A stretch of DNA of 61,379 nucleotides, filler included, from an uncultured Myxococcia bacterium (GCA_964617105.1; 5 parts of 5 records of this genome joined end to end with filler, not necessarily neighbours in it), one strand, 5' to 3'; positions 19,709-30,444 are shown, counted from the first letter of the whole stretch. Translations and numbers: made by a program. The notes: generated by a model not told the origin, from the sequence alone.

Positions 19709-21058
19709 ATGAAAAATTTACGGCTTTGTAGTTTAATCCTACCCGCCCTGGTATTACTGTTCAACTGTTCTAACCAATTCAAAATACCCCCGCCGGTGGG
19801 ACAATTTCATTTTCCCACTGGTATTACCATAGATAGAAAAGGTGATTTGCTTTTTGTGGCTTCGGCTAACTTTGACCTCAACTATCGAGGAGGTACAGTA
19901 AAAGTTGTTGATCTGGCGCTTTTAGATCGGCGTATAAAGGAGGTGGAGGAGTCTAAACGGATGGATGAGGGGGGACTATATTACCGCTCTACCATCTTGG
20001 AAGATTCAACCGTTGAAGTAGAATCGTTTGCCGGTTTTTTAGAGCAGAGTTATAACGGAGACTACCTCTATTTGCCAGTGCGGCAGGAGAATTTACTATA
20101 CCGGATTAAGGTGGATCATCAAGCATCACCTCACCTGATATGCAACTCAGACTCTAAGGATAAAAAATGTCAAAAACCGGTCTCGGAAAAGGTGACCCCC
20201 TATTCCCGCCGGCTTTTTTTAAATGAGGGGGAAGAGGATGTTGAACAGATAGGTTTTGTTGATCCCATAGGGGTGAAGGTGGGATGCCTGGATGGACGGA
20301 CTTCCAAACTAACGCCTCAGGGATATCAATATGAGTGTAATGGTGGAGATTCCCAGGAATATATTTTTATCTCCGGTTTGTTGGCCAATCGGGTGTTAGG
20401 GATTAATAGCCAAAAATTTTTGCAGCCTGGGGAGATGTTATATTTGAATCTTTTTTCTTCCCTGGGAGCCAATAACCTGGAAGTTGATGCCCAGGGAAAC
20501 TTATATGTAGCCAGCCGTTTTTACAACTACTTGCTGATGTTTGATCTGAAATCCTCTTTTTTACAGAGGCCACCAATGGGAGATATCATTGAGATAGCCT
20601 ATGGATACAACCAGAACACCTCTTTTAGAGATATTATTATTCATCCAGATGGCCGGCTTTTTGCGGTCAGTTCATTTCCCGATGCCCTGATGGCGGTCAA
20701 AATACCTTTCCAGCCTGAACAGACCGGTGCAGACAAAAGGTATCAGGTGTTGGGTGCGGTGGCTTTAAATGGAGAACCTTCACAACTTGCTTTATATTTG
20801 CGGCAAGAGAAGCAGGGTGCAAATGATCTTCTCTATGTTTCAGTTTTTAGACAGGATCAGGTTTTGGTAATTGATGCCAATACTTACCAGGTAGTCAATA
20901 TAATCGAAGAGGTAGGAGACGGTCCCTTTGACCTGACCGTTGACTATCAGCACAAAAAATTGTATGTCAGCAATTTTGAAGATTCTACCATCAGCATAAT
21001 AGATATCAGCCCAAAAAGTGGGGCAGAACACAAATTGGTAGCTAAAATCAGCAATTAA
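19709..21058 (+). CDS. YncE/NHL-like beta-propeller lipoprotein
   Basis: Signal ending LLFNC; FHFPTGI, LFVASANFDL, VGDGPFDL and LYVSNF blade motifs. Confidence 0.7.
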   Translation: MKNLRLCSLILPALVLLFNCSNQFKIPPPVGQFHFPTGITIDRKGDLLFVASANFDLNYRGGTVKVVDLALLDRRIKEVEESKRMDEGGLYYRSTILEDSTVEVESFAGFLEQSYNGDYLYLPVRQENLLYRIKVDHQASPHLICNSDSKDKKCQKPVSEKVTPYSRRLFLNEGEEDVEQIGFVDPIGVKVGCLDGRTSKLTPQGYQYECNGGDSQEYIFISGLLANRVLGINSQKFLQPGEMLYLNLFSSLGANNLEVDAQGNLYVASRFYNYLLMFDLKSSFLQRPPMGDIIEIAYGYNQNTSFRDIIIHPDGRLFAVSSFPDALMAVKIPFQPEQTGADKRYQVLGAVALNGEPSQLALYLRQEKQGANDLLYVSVFRQDQVLVIDANTYQVVNIIEEVGDGPFDLTVDYQHKKLYVSNFEDSTISIIDISPKSGAEHKLVAKISN

Positions 21059-21073
21059 ACTGGATCTTAAATT

Positions 21074-23689
21074 ATGTTTTACTGGACCAAGTTAATTCTC
21101 GGAACGTCATTTTTGGCTTTGTTTCTCCTGGCCGGTTGCGAGCAATCGGTACTAACCGGAGGTGGAATGATGGAGGTGCCGGGGGATCTGGGTATTTTAT
21201 CTTTTTCTCAGGGAGTTCAAGATGGAGATATTCAGGCAGACCAGCAAGAAACATACGCTTTTATTACCAATAATAACAACAGTCAACTCAGGGTAATCAA
21301 CCTGACCAAAAGTGAGTATTTGCGAGAGCATGGTACGGGCTATTATCCTCTCAGTATACCCTTGCTGATCAAACCCGATATACTGGAGGTTTATCAAAGT
21401 GAGTGGGAACAGTTAAATAGATTATTGGTTCTTAGCGCCGGTGAACCTTATCTTCAAATTATCGATGCCTGGCGGCTGGTAACCAGGGGATACTTTAGCC
21501 CCCAACATTTGAGCCGTAAACTAAAATTGACCTGTTTGGATTCCCAGGATATAGCCAGCCCGGGAAATATTGCTCTTGGTAAAGAGCCCGGCAGCGGCCG
21601 TCCTCTGGCCTATATCGGACTAAGTTGTGGACAGGTGGCAGTGGTAGATATTTTGGAAGAGAAACAGTTGGGACATTTTTGCCAATTGGGATTACCAACC
21701 GCTCTTACCGTGTCTAAAGAACAACTATTTATCGCCCACGGGGATAAAGGTCAATTGGCCAAGATAAACTTAAAAAAGGCTAATTATCAGTGTAAGGATC
21801 AACAGGACTGGCTTTCTAAAATTGAGGTGGGGAGCCAGGTGAGGACGATGTATACAGTGGGGAAAAATAGCATTTACCTGCAGTTGCAAGAGAGCAATAA
21901 GTTGTTGGTTTTTGATGCGTTGGCGGGAAAATTTTTAAAAAGGAAAGGCAAAATAGTGAGTATCGAATTGCCGGGCTGGAACCAGGATCTGGTTTATGCC
22001 GGTATGAGCAGGTTCAGGGTGGATAAATACCTGGATCGGGAGATGCTCAGCGGACAGTGGAATTTTATGGAACTCAGGCCCGCGGTGCTGATAAGCAACA
22101 GTAATGGCAATCTTTATGTGGTGGATCCAATCAACCATCGTCTGGTGGACAAAACCCTGATTGCGGAAATTGGTGAGCCCCAACTTCATTTAAAGGGAAA
22201 GTTGGTGCCTGTGCCTCCAGATGATAATGCCCAAGACGGCACTAAGCCGGGCATCTCTCCTGAACAAGAATGGCATAAGCGACTGCAAATAAAAGAGATA
22301 GAGATAGCCAGTCCCTCTTTGGTGCTGGATGAGATATGGAATATCACTTACAATGGCGCGATCCCCTTTTCTCAACTGTCTGAAGACGCCATTTCCATTA
22401 GCGGAAAAGTGATCACTTTTGAGGGTAAATCGTTGGCTCAGGAGATAAACCTGTCTGGTTTTCTTCAGGTTGGGGATGTGGTACAAATTAAAAACCTGGG
22501 CCAGAAAAACAAGGAATGCAAAAAAGAGAAGAATGATTATCCAGTGGCTGCAGTGAGTCACAACCAGATCGTATTAGCAGACGCCCCTACAGCCGCCTGT
22601 CTGCCGAAAAAAATGGATTTGGCCTTTCGGGTGGAGGGTGCTTTTGCTGTCAATGGCTCACGGAGCGGTTTTCAGGGAAGAGCCCAGTTGAATCAACCTT
22701 ATAAAGGGGAGATATTCCACTTTATCATTGCCAGTCAGGGTGATGGTTCAAATAAACAACAATTGGCTACTGCGGGGATATCTTTCCGGCTGACCACCTT
22801 CCTCGCCAATTATAGTCAGGTCGAGTTAACAAGTTTTGCGGGTGAAACTGTGCGGATGAAGGAGGAACGGAAGGCGGGCCAGGAAGAGATAACCTCTGCT
22901 GTTGATCTCGATTTTTCAGAGTTGATTAAGGTGGAGGTAGATGATTCAGCCCAGTTGGAGGATGAGGAGTGGAAGCTGATATACGAAGGGGTATTTCCAG
23001 GTACCAGGCGTGAGGGAAAATTGAGCGCCGATGGGTCATTAAAGATCGAGGGCGATCCTATTAAGGGCAACTTGTTTCCCATAAAAAAAGGCGATAAGGT
23101 GGTGATTTTTGGCGGTTTTTCTTCTAAACCAACCAAAAAATGCCAGGATTATCTCTCTTTGGTTGAGGAGAACAAAGAGGTGGGAGGTAAAAAATTGGAG
23201 AGGGCTGAGTTTGCTATTGCCGAGTTTAGCGAAGATAAAGGGATGATTGATAGTCTTAAATTAGATTTAGACTCAACCACATCTCTGGATCTCACCTGCT
23301 TTACCGATTGGAGTGGTTTTGAAAACCAGAGCAAGACCCCTAAAGACCGCAGGGTTTACTTTGATATATTGCCTCCGGATAACTATCTATTGGTGGGCAC
23401 TGTTAGTGGGTACGTGGGCAGGATGGCTGAAGGCAAATCTCCGGCGGATTGGCCTTTTAAAATCGAAATAGACAGTGACAAGTGGGGTCTGGAGAAGGGA
23501 CCGGCCCGGGGCAGTTATTTTAAAATGATAGGCAGCAGTAATATGGATAAGGCCCATTATTACCTGGGTGAAAACGGTATGCCCGGGCGGCTGTTTTTAA
23601 CCGGAGATGATCTTTATATCATTTATCCTTTTGGCGAGATTCTACAGAGATTTAACCTCAAGACCCTCCAAACCCAATCCTGGAATTAG
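21074..23689 (+). CDS. Large lipoprotein, beta-propeller N-terminus with a duplicated C-terminal domain
   Basis: Lipobox LAGC; internal duplication DEIWNITYNGAIP...VNGSRSGFQGR and DEEWKLIYEGVFP...VGTVSGYVGR. Confidence 0.65.
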   Translation: MFYWTKLILGTSFLALFLLAGCEQSVLTGGGMMEVPGDLGILSFSQGVQDGDIQADQQETYAFITNNNNSQLRVINLTKSEYLREHGTGYYPLSIPLLIKPDILEVYQSEWEQLNRLLVLSAGEPYLQIIDAWRLVTRGYFSPQHLSRKLKLTCLDSQDIASPGNIALGKEPGSGRPLAYIGLSCGQVAVVDILEEKQLGHFCQLGLPTALTVSKEQLFIAHGDKGQLAKINLKKANYQCKDQQDWLSKIEVGSQVRTMYTVGKNSIYLQLQESNKLLVFDALAGKFLKRKGKIVSIELPGWNQDLVYAGMSRFRVDKYLDREMLSGQWNFMELRPAVLISNSNGNLYVVDPINHRLVDKTLIAEIGEPQLHLKGKLVPVPPDDNAQDGTKPGISPEQEWHKRLQIKEIEIASPSLVLDEIWNITYNGAIPFSQLSEDAISISGKVITFEGKSLAQEINLSGFLQVGDVVQIKNLGQKNKECKKEKNDYPVAAVSHNQIVLADAPTAACLPKKMDLAFRVEGAFAVNGSRSGFQGRAQLNQPYKGEIFHFIIASQGDGSNKQQLATAGISFRLTTFLANYSQVELTSFAGETVRMKEERKAGQEEITSAVDLDFSELIKVEVDDSAQLEDEEWKLIYEGVFPGTRREGKLSADGSLKIEGDPIKGNLFPIKKGDKVVIFGGFSSKPTKKCQDYLSLVEENKEVGGKKLERAEFAIAEFSEDKGMIDSLKLDLDSTTSLDLTCFTDWSGFENQSKTPKDRRVYFDILPPDNYLLVGTVSGYVGRMAEGKSPADWPFKIEIDSDKWGLEKGPARGSYFKMIGSSNMDKAHYYLGENGMPGRLFLTGDDLYIIYPFGEILQRFNLKTLQTQSWN

Positions 23690-23704
23690 GGTTCTTTTGC
23701 CGCT

Positions 23705-24767
23705 ATGGCGTATACTATAAGATTCAGAATTCGTAGCCAACTTTTATTGGCTTTTCTTCTTCCCTTTTTGCTGATCATTTTTGCGATCGGTCTTTTTACC
23801 TATCTTTTAACCCGGAATAGCCTGGAAGAAGAGTTGGGCCAGCGTTTGGTTCTGGCTGCACAATCGGTGGTGACCCTGGGCCGTCTTTACACTGCTGTCC
23901 AGTTGCGTCCAGGTGATGAAAATACCCGGCTCTATCGAAATCTGCAGAAAAAACTGGTCAGTATGCAAAAAAACACGGGAATTCAGCGATTTATAATTTT
24001 TGATCGGCAACAGAAAGTGTTGGTAGACGGGGCCGGAAAAATGCCCATAGGTTTTAAGTATTTAAAATTGGAGTTTGACCGCCATGAATTGAAAAAGGTT
24101 TTTAATGGTCACCTGGCCGCCAGTATACTGTTTAACGGTGAGGACGGCAAAAAATATAAGACCGGATATGCGCCCATAAAAGACAGGCAAGGGAAAATAA
24201 TCGGCGCCATAGGGGCTGACGGAAGCGCCCGTTTTTTCATCACCCTGGAGAAATTTGCCGGCAGTTTCTTTTTTTGGGGAGCTCTGGGGATGATGGCGGT
24301 GATGCTAATCACCATGATTATCTCTGCTGCCCTGGTTAAGCCGATAAATAAGTTGGTTAAATCTGTCCAGGCTATTGGCCACGGTAATTTTCAACAGACC
24401 TTAAAGGTGAACAGCAGCAACGAGATCGGTTTTTTGGCTCAGCGCTTCGAAGAGATGAGGAGTAATATCCTGGAGCGGGACCAGAGAATGCAGATGATGC
24501 TGTCTGGAATAGCCCACGAGGTGCGTAATCCTCTTGGAGGCATGGAACTTTTTGGTGGGATGCTGGCAGAGGAGATTAAGGCAGACGGGGAAGATAAACT
24601 CAAGTATTTAGCCCGGATCACCCGAGAGATGGACTACTTGAAAAAGGTAGTTAACCAGTTTCTAGATTTTGCCCGCCACCTCCAGTTGGAAACCAGTAAG
24701 GTTGAATGTGACCAACTCCTGGAGGAGGTGATTTTTTTGATGGCGGCTGATGCTGATTTAAAAGGAA
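23705..24767 (+). CDS. HAMP-domain sensor histidine kinase (3' truncated)
   Basis: Two TM segments, HAMP (PINKL...NEIGFLAQRFEEM), H-box IAHEVRNPL; runs into the gap. Confidence 0.9.
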
Positions 24768-24867
24768 NNNNNNNNNNNNNNNNNNNNNNNNNNNNNNNNN
24801 NNNNNNNNNNNTTAATTAATTAANNNNNNNNNNNNNNNNNNNNNNNNNNNNNNNNNNNNNNNNNNNN
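24768..24867. other. Artificial contig-joining spacer
   Basis: 100-nt N run with TTAATTAATTAA. Confidence 0.98.
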
Positions 24868-25195
24868 AGATATAGAACTCAAGCCTCAGGTTCCGGTCAA
24901 CCTGAGGCTTGGGTTCTATATCTAATATAGTTTTTTTACTCCGGTCTTTTTTTCTTCTATTCCACTGATCTTTTCGCGCCGGCCGCCGTTTATTGGTGTA
25001 ATCATTTTTGCCACGGTAATTTTTGTATCCTTTGTATGCCATGTCATCCATATATCTGAAATAGGCTTTATTGGCAACATAAGATTGAAAGATGCTTGCA
25101 AAAAACATAAGGTAAATGTAAAATATTTTAACAAATTAAATTAAAATGTGATTTTTCTTTTAATTCCACCAATTCCACCAATTTTTGAGGTAAAC

Positions 25196-25999
25196 ATGGC
25201 TAAGATCAAGAACAAAACCATTTTGATAACCGGAGCGGCCAGAGGTATAGGTTTTTACTTGGCCAGGGAGTTGGCTGTTAATGGAAATACTCTGGTGTTA
25301 ATCGATATCAGGACCGATGATTTGGAGCGAGCCTCCAGTCAATTAAAATCTACCTCTGCTCACATTCACCATTTTCAGGTTGATGTATCTGACCGACAGC
25401 AGGTGGAGGAAATTGCGGGTCAGATAGAGAAAGAAGTGGGGGCTGTGGATATCCTGGTTAACAATGCCGGAGTAGGGCATCACGGAGAATTGGCTGATAC
25501 CGACTTTGAAACCTGGGAAAAATTAATAGATGTTAATTTGATGGGGAGTCTGAACCACATATACACTTTTTTACCCGCCATGATCAAAAGAGGGCAGGGC
25601 CACATTGTCAATGTATCTTCCGGCCAGGCTTTTTTCAGGTTACCCACCTGGGGTGCGTATGCATCTATTAAATTGGCTTTGGGCAGCATCTCGGAGATAC
25701 TTTACTACGAGTTGAAAAAGTATAATATTATGGTCACCACTGTCTATCCCTACATGGTGGATACCGGCTTTTACAATAACGTGGATACTCATTCCCTGGG
25801 CGCCAAACTTTCTATAAAACTTCTGCCCCTTTATTCTCAAAAACCGCAGACAGTGGCTAAAATAATTGCCAAGGCTATTGCCAAACAGAAAAAAGTTGAA
25901 ATGGTTCACTTTTTTAACTACCTGGGTTTTCTATCCCGTGCCATTCCGCCGGTGGGAAATGTGGTAAGCAGAATAATGGCGGCTATGCTTGGAAAATAG
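25196..25999 (+). CDS. Short-chain dehydrogenase/reductase
   Basis: TGAARGIG, NNAG and YASIK (YxxxK); ATG 25196 is preceded by GAGG. Confidence 0.92.
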   Translation: MAKIKNKTILITGAARGIGFYLARELAVNGNTLVLIDIRTDDLERASSQLKSTSAHIHHFQVDVSDRQQVEEIAGQIEKEVGAVDILVNNAGVGHHGELADTDFETWEKLIDVNLMGSLNHIYTFLPAMIKRGQGHIVNVSSGQAFFRLPTWGAYASIKLALGSISEILYYELKKYNIMVTTVYPYMVDTGFYNNVDTHSLGAKLSIKLLPLYSQKPQTVAKIIAKAIAKQKKVEMVHFFNYLGFLSRAIPPVGNVVSRIMAAMLGK

Positions 26000-26011
26000 G
26001 TTCCTTTTACG

Positions 26012-26504
26012 ATGGAACTACCTTCTTTACTAATAGACATAATAATTTTGTTGGTGGTGCTGGCGGGGATGATCTTCGACTTACGCTCCAGGAAGATTTA
26101 CAATTGGCTGACCATGCCGGCTATGGTTGGTGGAATATTGCTCAATGGACTGTTATATGGTTTTTTGTTTTTTAATCTTTGCCATGTTTTATATTTGGGG
26201 AGAGGGTCTGGGACCAGGCGATGTGAAATTAATGGGCGCAGTGGGTGCTTTTTTAGGATGGCCGGGCGCTATAACCGCTCTGGCCTTAACCGCTATTTCT
26301 GGGGGATTTTTTGCTATTTTGCTCTTGGCAATAAAGGGTAAATTGCTGTCCACTATAAAGAGGGCGGTTTTGCTTTTAGTCTTTACGTTTTCACCTCAGC
26401 GGCGCCAAAAACTCTGGCAACAATCGGAAAAAATCTATTTACCTTATGGACCGGCTATTTTTTTAGGAACCATGTTGACTGTGGTGGGGAAACATTTTGG
26501 TTGA
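26012..26504 (+). pseudogene. cpaA: Prepilin peptidase CpaA/TadV (A24 family), split across two frames
   Basis: The first frame has FDLRSRKIYNWLT (first catalytic Asp). The second has LGPGDVKLMGAVGAFLG and LPYGPAIFLG. The switch falls in the T-rich tract near 26160-26175. Confidence 0.75.
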
Positions 26505-26529
26505 CAATTTTGTCTAATCATATTAAACT
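26501..26529 (+). promoter_or_regulatory. sigma70 promoter upstream of cpaC
   Basis: TTGACA (26501-26506)-N17-TAAACT (26524-26529). Confidence 0.55.
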
Positions 26530-26576
26530 GTTAAGTCCCAAAGAGTTTTCACGAAGTTATTAAGAAACGGAAAATT

Positions 26577-28049
26577 ATGAAAAGAAATATTCACTATTTG
26601 TCAATGGTTGCCGCGATTTTGTTTTTACTGATTATTGTGGTTGAGCCGGCCGATTCCAGGCGCAGGTTTGGCGAAAATTCTTCCGGCACTATCTATTTGG
26701 TGGGAGGCCGACAAAAAGTATTAAAAATAAAAGGGATACAAAAGGTGGCTATCGGCAACCCCAGCGTGGCTGATGTAAAGCCCCTGGGAACTAACCAGGT
26801 TCTGGTCACCGGGGTTGGCGTGGGAAAAACCACCTTAATTATATGGAAAAAGAGCGGGGAACAGGAATCCTTTTATATAAAGGTATCGGCCCGGGATCCA
26901 AAGTCGTTACAGGCGGAAATTTCGAAAATGTTAGGTGACCGGGAGGGGATCAGCATCAGGTTGGTGGGTGAAAAGGTAGTGATGGATGGGCACGCCCTTA
27001 CTACCGAAGACTATTTAAGGTCCAGAGAAATCGCCAAAATTTACAATCAGGTGGTTTCTTTTGTCAAACTCAGCTCCGATGCCAAACGGGTAGTGGCAGA
27101 GCAACTGAATAATATCCTTCATCAGGCCGGTTTGATAAATGTGGTGGCTACAGTTTATGGCACCAAAATATTTCTTGAAGGCACGGTTAGCTCAAAAGAT
27201 GAGTTGAAACGGGCAGAATTGATTACTACCGCTATGGGTGAAAAGGTGGAGAACCTCCTTAAGATTGGAGAAAAATTGCTGGTGGCCATAGAGGTCAATT
27301 TTGTTGAGGTAAAGCGCAGTTCTCTGGATAAAATAGGCGTCAAACTGCTACCCAATGTAGCTGGGGACGGTTCTATTGGATTTACCATGGTGGAATCGTT
27401 GGTAGGAGCTGGCAGCCAGAACCAGCAAAATCTCGATATAACTGCCGGGGCCGCTGGAAAAATCGGCCTGGATATGATTTTCAATAAGGGGTATGCCCGG
27501 ATCCTGTCCCGCCCGAAACTGGTCTGTGCCTCTGGCGGCAAAGCCAAGTTTCATGCCGGCGGAGAGGTGCCCATTCCCATGATTACCGGGAACTCCGCCA
27601 CTGTAGAGTACAAAGAGTTTGGGGTTATTCTAAATGTCGTTCCTACGGCGGACCATATGGGCAATATCACCGTCAAAATCGAAGTGGAAGTTTCTGATGT
27701 AGACCGCTCATTGGCGGTGACCGCATCGGTGGGGACATTTCACGGTTTTTCCATCACCAAAGGCGAAACAATCATGACTCTAAAGCACGGAGAAACCATA
27801 ATAATTTCTGGATTATTTAACAATACCGAACAAAAAGATGTTGGTAAATTTCCCGGATTAGGCCATATCCCCATTTTAGGAGAGTTTTTCAAGTCCAGAG
27901 AGTTTGCAGCCAAGAAATCGGAATTAGCGATTTTTGTTACCCCGCGGATAGTTTCACCAAAAAGTGAATATTTAGAAACAACCCTGGATAATATTAAGAA
28001 AAGGTATAAGAAGGCTGATGAAGAGGTACACTTCAGCATATTCGATTAG
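26577..28049 (+). CDS. cpaC: Tad/Flp pilus secretin CpaC/RcpA
   Basis: VAIGNPSVADV...GKTTLIIW pilus-formation N domain, BON-like region, secretin motifs FHAGGEVPIP, PGLGHIPILGEFFKS and FVTPRIV. Confidence 0.88.
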   Translation: MKRNIHYLSMVAAILFLLIIVVEPADSRRRFGENSSGTIYLVGGRQKVLKIKGIQKVAIGNPSVADVKPLGTNQVLVTGVGVGKTTLIIWKKSGEQESFYIKVSARDPKSLQAEISKMLGDREGISIRLVGEKVVMDGHALTTEDYLRSREIAKIYNQVVSFVKLSSDAKRVVAEQLNNILHQAGLINVVATVYGTKIFLEGTVSSKDELKRAELITTAMGEKVENLLKIGEKLLVAIEVNFVEVKRSSLDKIGVKLLPNVAGDGSIGFTMVESLVGAGSQNQQNLDITAGAAGKIGLDMIFNKGYARILSRPKLVCASGGKAKFHAGGEVPIPMITGNSATVEYKEFGVILNVVPTADHMGNITVKIEVEVSDVDRSLAVTASVGTFHGFSITKGETIMTLKHGETIIISGLFNNTEQKDVGKFPGLGHIPILGEFFKSREFAAKKSELAIFVTPRIVSPKSEYLETTLDNIKKRYKKADEEVHFSIFD

Positions 28050-28052
28050 GCG

Positions 28053-28130
28053 GGCGACGATTGCGGCGCATCTGCGGCCGACGCCGCAGGTGATCCCTGT
28101 GGGAAAGGTGATCCCTTTAGGGACGTTGCC
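28053..28130. repeat. GC-rich multi-hairpin intergenic element between convergent genes
   Basis: Closing stem GGCGACG/CGTTGCC, hairpin CTGCGGC-CGAC-GCCGCAG, direct repeat AGGTGATCCCT x2 (28088, 28106), each leading into a small TCCC/GGGA hairpin. Confidence 0.55.
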
Positions 28131-28144
28131 ATTGGATGGTCTAA

Positions 28145-28459
28145 CTAACAGGTGGGTGGAAGTTGGTAAACAGTTAAATCCTGGCAACTAAGTTTTTCTA
28201 TTTGCTCAGGGCATTTGTCTGGATTGTTGATAAAAAATCTGGTGCCGGTTTTTTCACCACAGGGATTCTCTTTATCTCGGTGTTTATTCAGGCAGTTGGT
28301 AATGGCATCGTCCTGGTATTGGTCTTCTATATGATTACAGGCAACCACTTTTTGGCAATATAATAAAAAAATATCTTCACAGGTATATTTGATCGGATCG
28401 CAATGACAAAATAAAAAAGCTGAAAGCGAGACACAAGTGGCCAGTAATAATTTTTTCAT
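28145..28459 (-). CDS. Small Cys-rich secreted protein/lipoprotein
   Basis: MKK + hydrophobic signal followed by many spaced Cys. Confidence 0.6.
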   Translation of the reverse strand: MKKLLLATCVSLSAFLFCHCDPIKYTCEDIFLLYCQKVVACNHIEDQYQDDAITNCLNKHRDKENPCGEKTGTRFFINNPDKCPEQIEKLSCQDLTVYQLPPTC

Positions 28460-28603
28460 GATTTATTATCTTATCTGAAATAATAATGAAATAACTATGC
28501 AACAGTATAGCAAATATTTCTGGAAATCAACCACTTTTAGGTGTAGTATACTTTTCTAAATCAATTTATTGATTAAATAAAAAGAGAATACCATGGGGTA
28601 ACA

Positions 28604-29077
28604 ATGAACTCTAAAAGCGCTGAAATATTGCAGGATTTTTTTACTAATAACCAGGTGGCCATAGAAGCCACCAGGCCTATAAAAAAGGGAACTCAGATCG
28701 AGTTAGTTCTATTGGATGATCCACAAGGAGCCTATCATTTTATCAAGGAAGGTACAATGGCTCTGGTGAAAGAGGGGAAGGCCAACAAGCCGGATTTTAC
28801 CATGACCTTTCCGCCCCGGGCGATAGAAAATATTACTGCACTGCAGACTGATAATATTGCTGAATTTGGAATAACTTTTTTTAAACACATGTTGGAAGAA
28901 GATCCAGACCTGCAAGTTAAAGTGAAAATTCAAACCGGGATTATTGGTCTAACTACACATGGCTATTTGAAGGTGCTGGCCTTAGGGGGAGTGAAAGTTA
29001 TGACCTGGTTGGCCAGAAAAGGGGTTAGCGGTCTGGGTGGAATAAAAAAAGCCATCAATTATCTGCGAGGAAATTAA
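28604..29077 (+). CDS. SCP2-like (sterol-carrier fold) protein
   Basis: VKEGKANKPDFTMTF motif resembles SCP2 family; co-oriented with tatD. Confidence 0.5.
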   Translation: MNSKSAEILQDFFTNNQVAIEATRPIKKGTQIELVLLDDPQGAYHFIKEGTMALVKEGKANKPDFTMTFPPRAIENITALQTDNIAEFGITFFKHMLEEDPDLQVKVKIQTGIIGLTTHGYLKVLALGGVKVMTWLARKGVSGLGGIKKAINYLRGN

Positions 29078-29079
29078 AA

Positions 29080-29871
29080 GTGGAACTGATTGACAGCCAC
29101 GCCCATTTGACTTGCCGGGAACTATCAGACCTGCATACAGAGGTGCTTCAGCGGGCCCATGAGGCTGGAATAAAAACTATCATTAATATAGGTTCCGGCG
29201 AAGAGATGGCTGGTAATTTTAAAGTTCTTAAAATGTCAGAAGAAAAGATAGGTGGATGCCGGGTTTATCCAACCTGCGGTGTCCATCCCCACGATGCGAA
29301 AATTCTGGACCGGGAAAATCAAATTGCTCTGGAGGAATTATTTAGGAAAAATAAAAATATTGTGGCTGTAGGGGAGGCGGGTTTGGATTTCCACTACAAT
29401 TTTTCTGACCCGGAAAAACAAAAACAGGCTTTTATTTTCCAGGTAGAATTGGCAATAGAGTACTCTCTTCCTCTAATTGTTCACTCCCGTGAAGCCTGGT
29501 CAGAGACTATGGATATTTTAAGGCGCTTTCGGAATAAACTTGGTGCCATTATAGTTCACTGCTTTGGCGGAAATGATCATAAAGCCGAAGATTTGTTGGA
29601 GATGGATGCCTATATTGGAATTAATGGTATAATAACTTTTAAAACTGCGGAGCGTTTACGGCAAATAGTATCTGATTATCCTTTATCAAGAGTAATACTG
29701 GAGACAGACTGCCCCTACCTGGCGCCAGTACCGTTTCGCGGAAAAACCAATGAACCCTCATACCTGGTCCATACAGCCAGGAAAGTGGCGGAAATTACCG
29801 GCAACAGCCTTGAGACTATTGCCAAAATAACTAGTGATAATGTATATAGAGTATTTGCCTTGGCGGGCTAA
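29080..29871 (+). CDS. tatD: TatD family metal-dependent DNase
   Basis: IDSHAH, GVHPH, VGEAGLD, HSREA, HCF, ETDCPYLAP. Confidence 0.95.
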   Translation: MELIDSHAHLTCRELSDLHTEVLQRAHEAGIKTIINIGSGEEMAGNFKVLKMSEEKIGGCRVYPTCGVHPHDAKILDRENQIALEELFRKNKNIVAVGEAGLDFHYNFSDPEKQKQAFIFQVELAIEYSLPLIVHSREAWSETMDILRRFRNKLGAIIVHCFGGNDHKAEDLLEMDAYIGINGIITFKTAERLRQIVSDYPLSRVILETDCPYLAPVPFRGKTNEPSYLVHTARKVAEITGNSLETIAKITSDNVYRVFALAG

Positions 29872-29898
29872 GGACCCTAAGAACTGGATAATAAAAAA

Positions 29899-30444
29899 AT
29901 GGAGGTATGGATGAGTATCAAACAAACAATTAAGACGGCCGCACCCAAAACCAGGCTAAATATAACCAGGTACTTGCTGCTTTTGGTTATTACCTTAGCA
30001 TGCGTGTTAACCGTATCAGGCTGTATGAAAAAATATTTACCTGGAACTACAATCGTTGATAACAAGGAAACCAGGATAATATTTGAACTGGTACACCATT
30101 ATCAGCACGCGGTTAAAACTAAAGATTTACCCCAACTTATGGCTTTTATTTCCAAGGATTTTTATGAAGATAATGGCACAACCATTGGTGATGATGACTA
30201 TACTTACCAAACTTTGGAGAAGAAATGGGCGGATATTTTTAAAAAAACGCATGCCATCAAACTGAATATCGATATTAAAGACATTAAAATCGAATCGGAG
30301 AACAAAGCGGCGGTAGAATACTTTTACAACCTGAAATTTCAATTGGAGTTAGAAACTGGTTTCTATTGGAAATCCAGAGAGGACGTGGATCGTATAGTAT
30401 TGAAAAAAGAGCAGGATAAATGGAAGATAGTTTCCGGGCTATAA
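29899..30444 (+). CDS. NTF2-like lipoprotein
   Basis: Lipobox VSGC; SKDFYED and C-terminal WKIVSGL typical of the NTF2-like fold. Confidence 0.6.
   Translation: MEVWMSIKQTIKTAAPKTRLNITRYLLLLVITLACVLTVSGCMKKYLPGTTIVDNKETRIIFELVHHYQHAVKTKDLPQLMAFISKDFYEDNGTTIGDDDYTYQTLEKKWADIFKKTHAIKLNIDIKDIKIESENKAAVEYFYNLKFQLELETGFYWKSREDVDRIVLKKEQDKWKIVSGL

Noticed and set aside
24868-25049. Basic ORF fragment on the minus strand (MDDMAYKGYK...)
   Set aside because: Possibly a real N-terminus, but it is truncated by the contig end and has no assignable motif.
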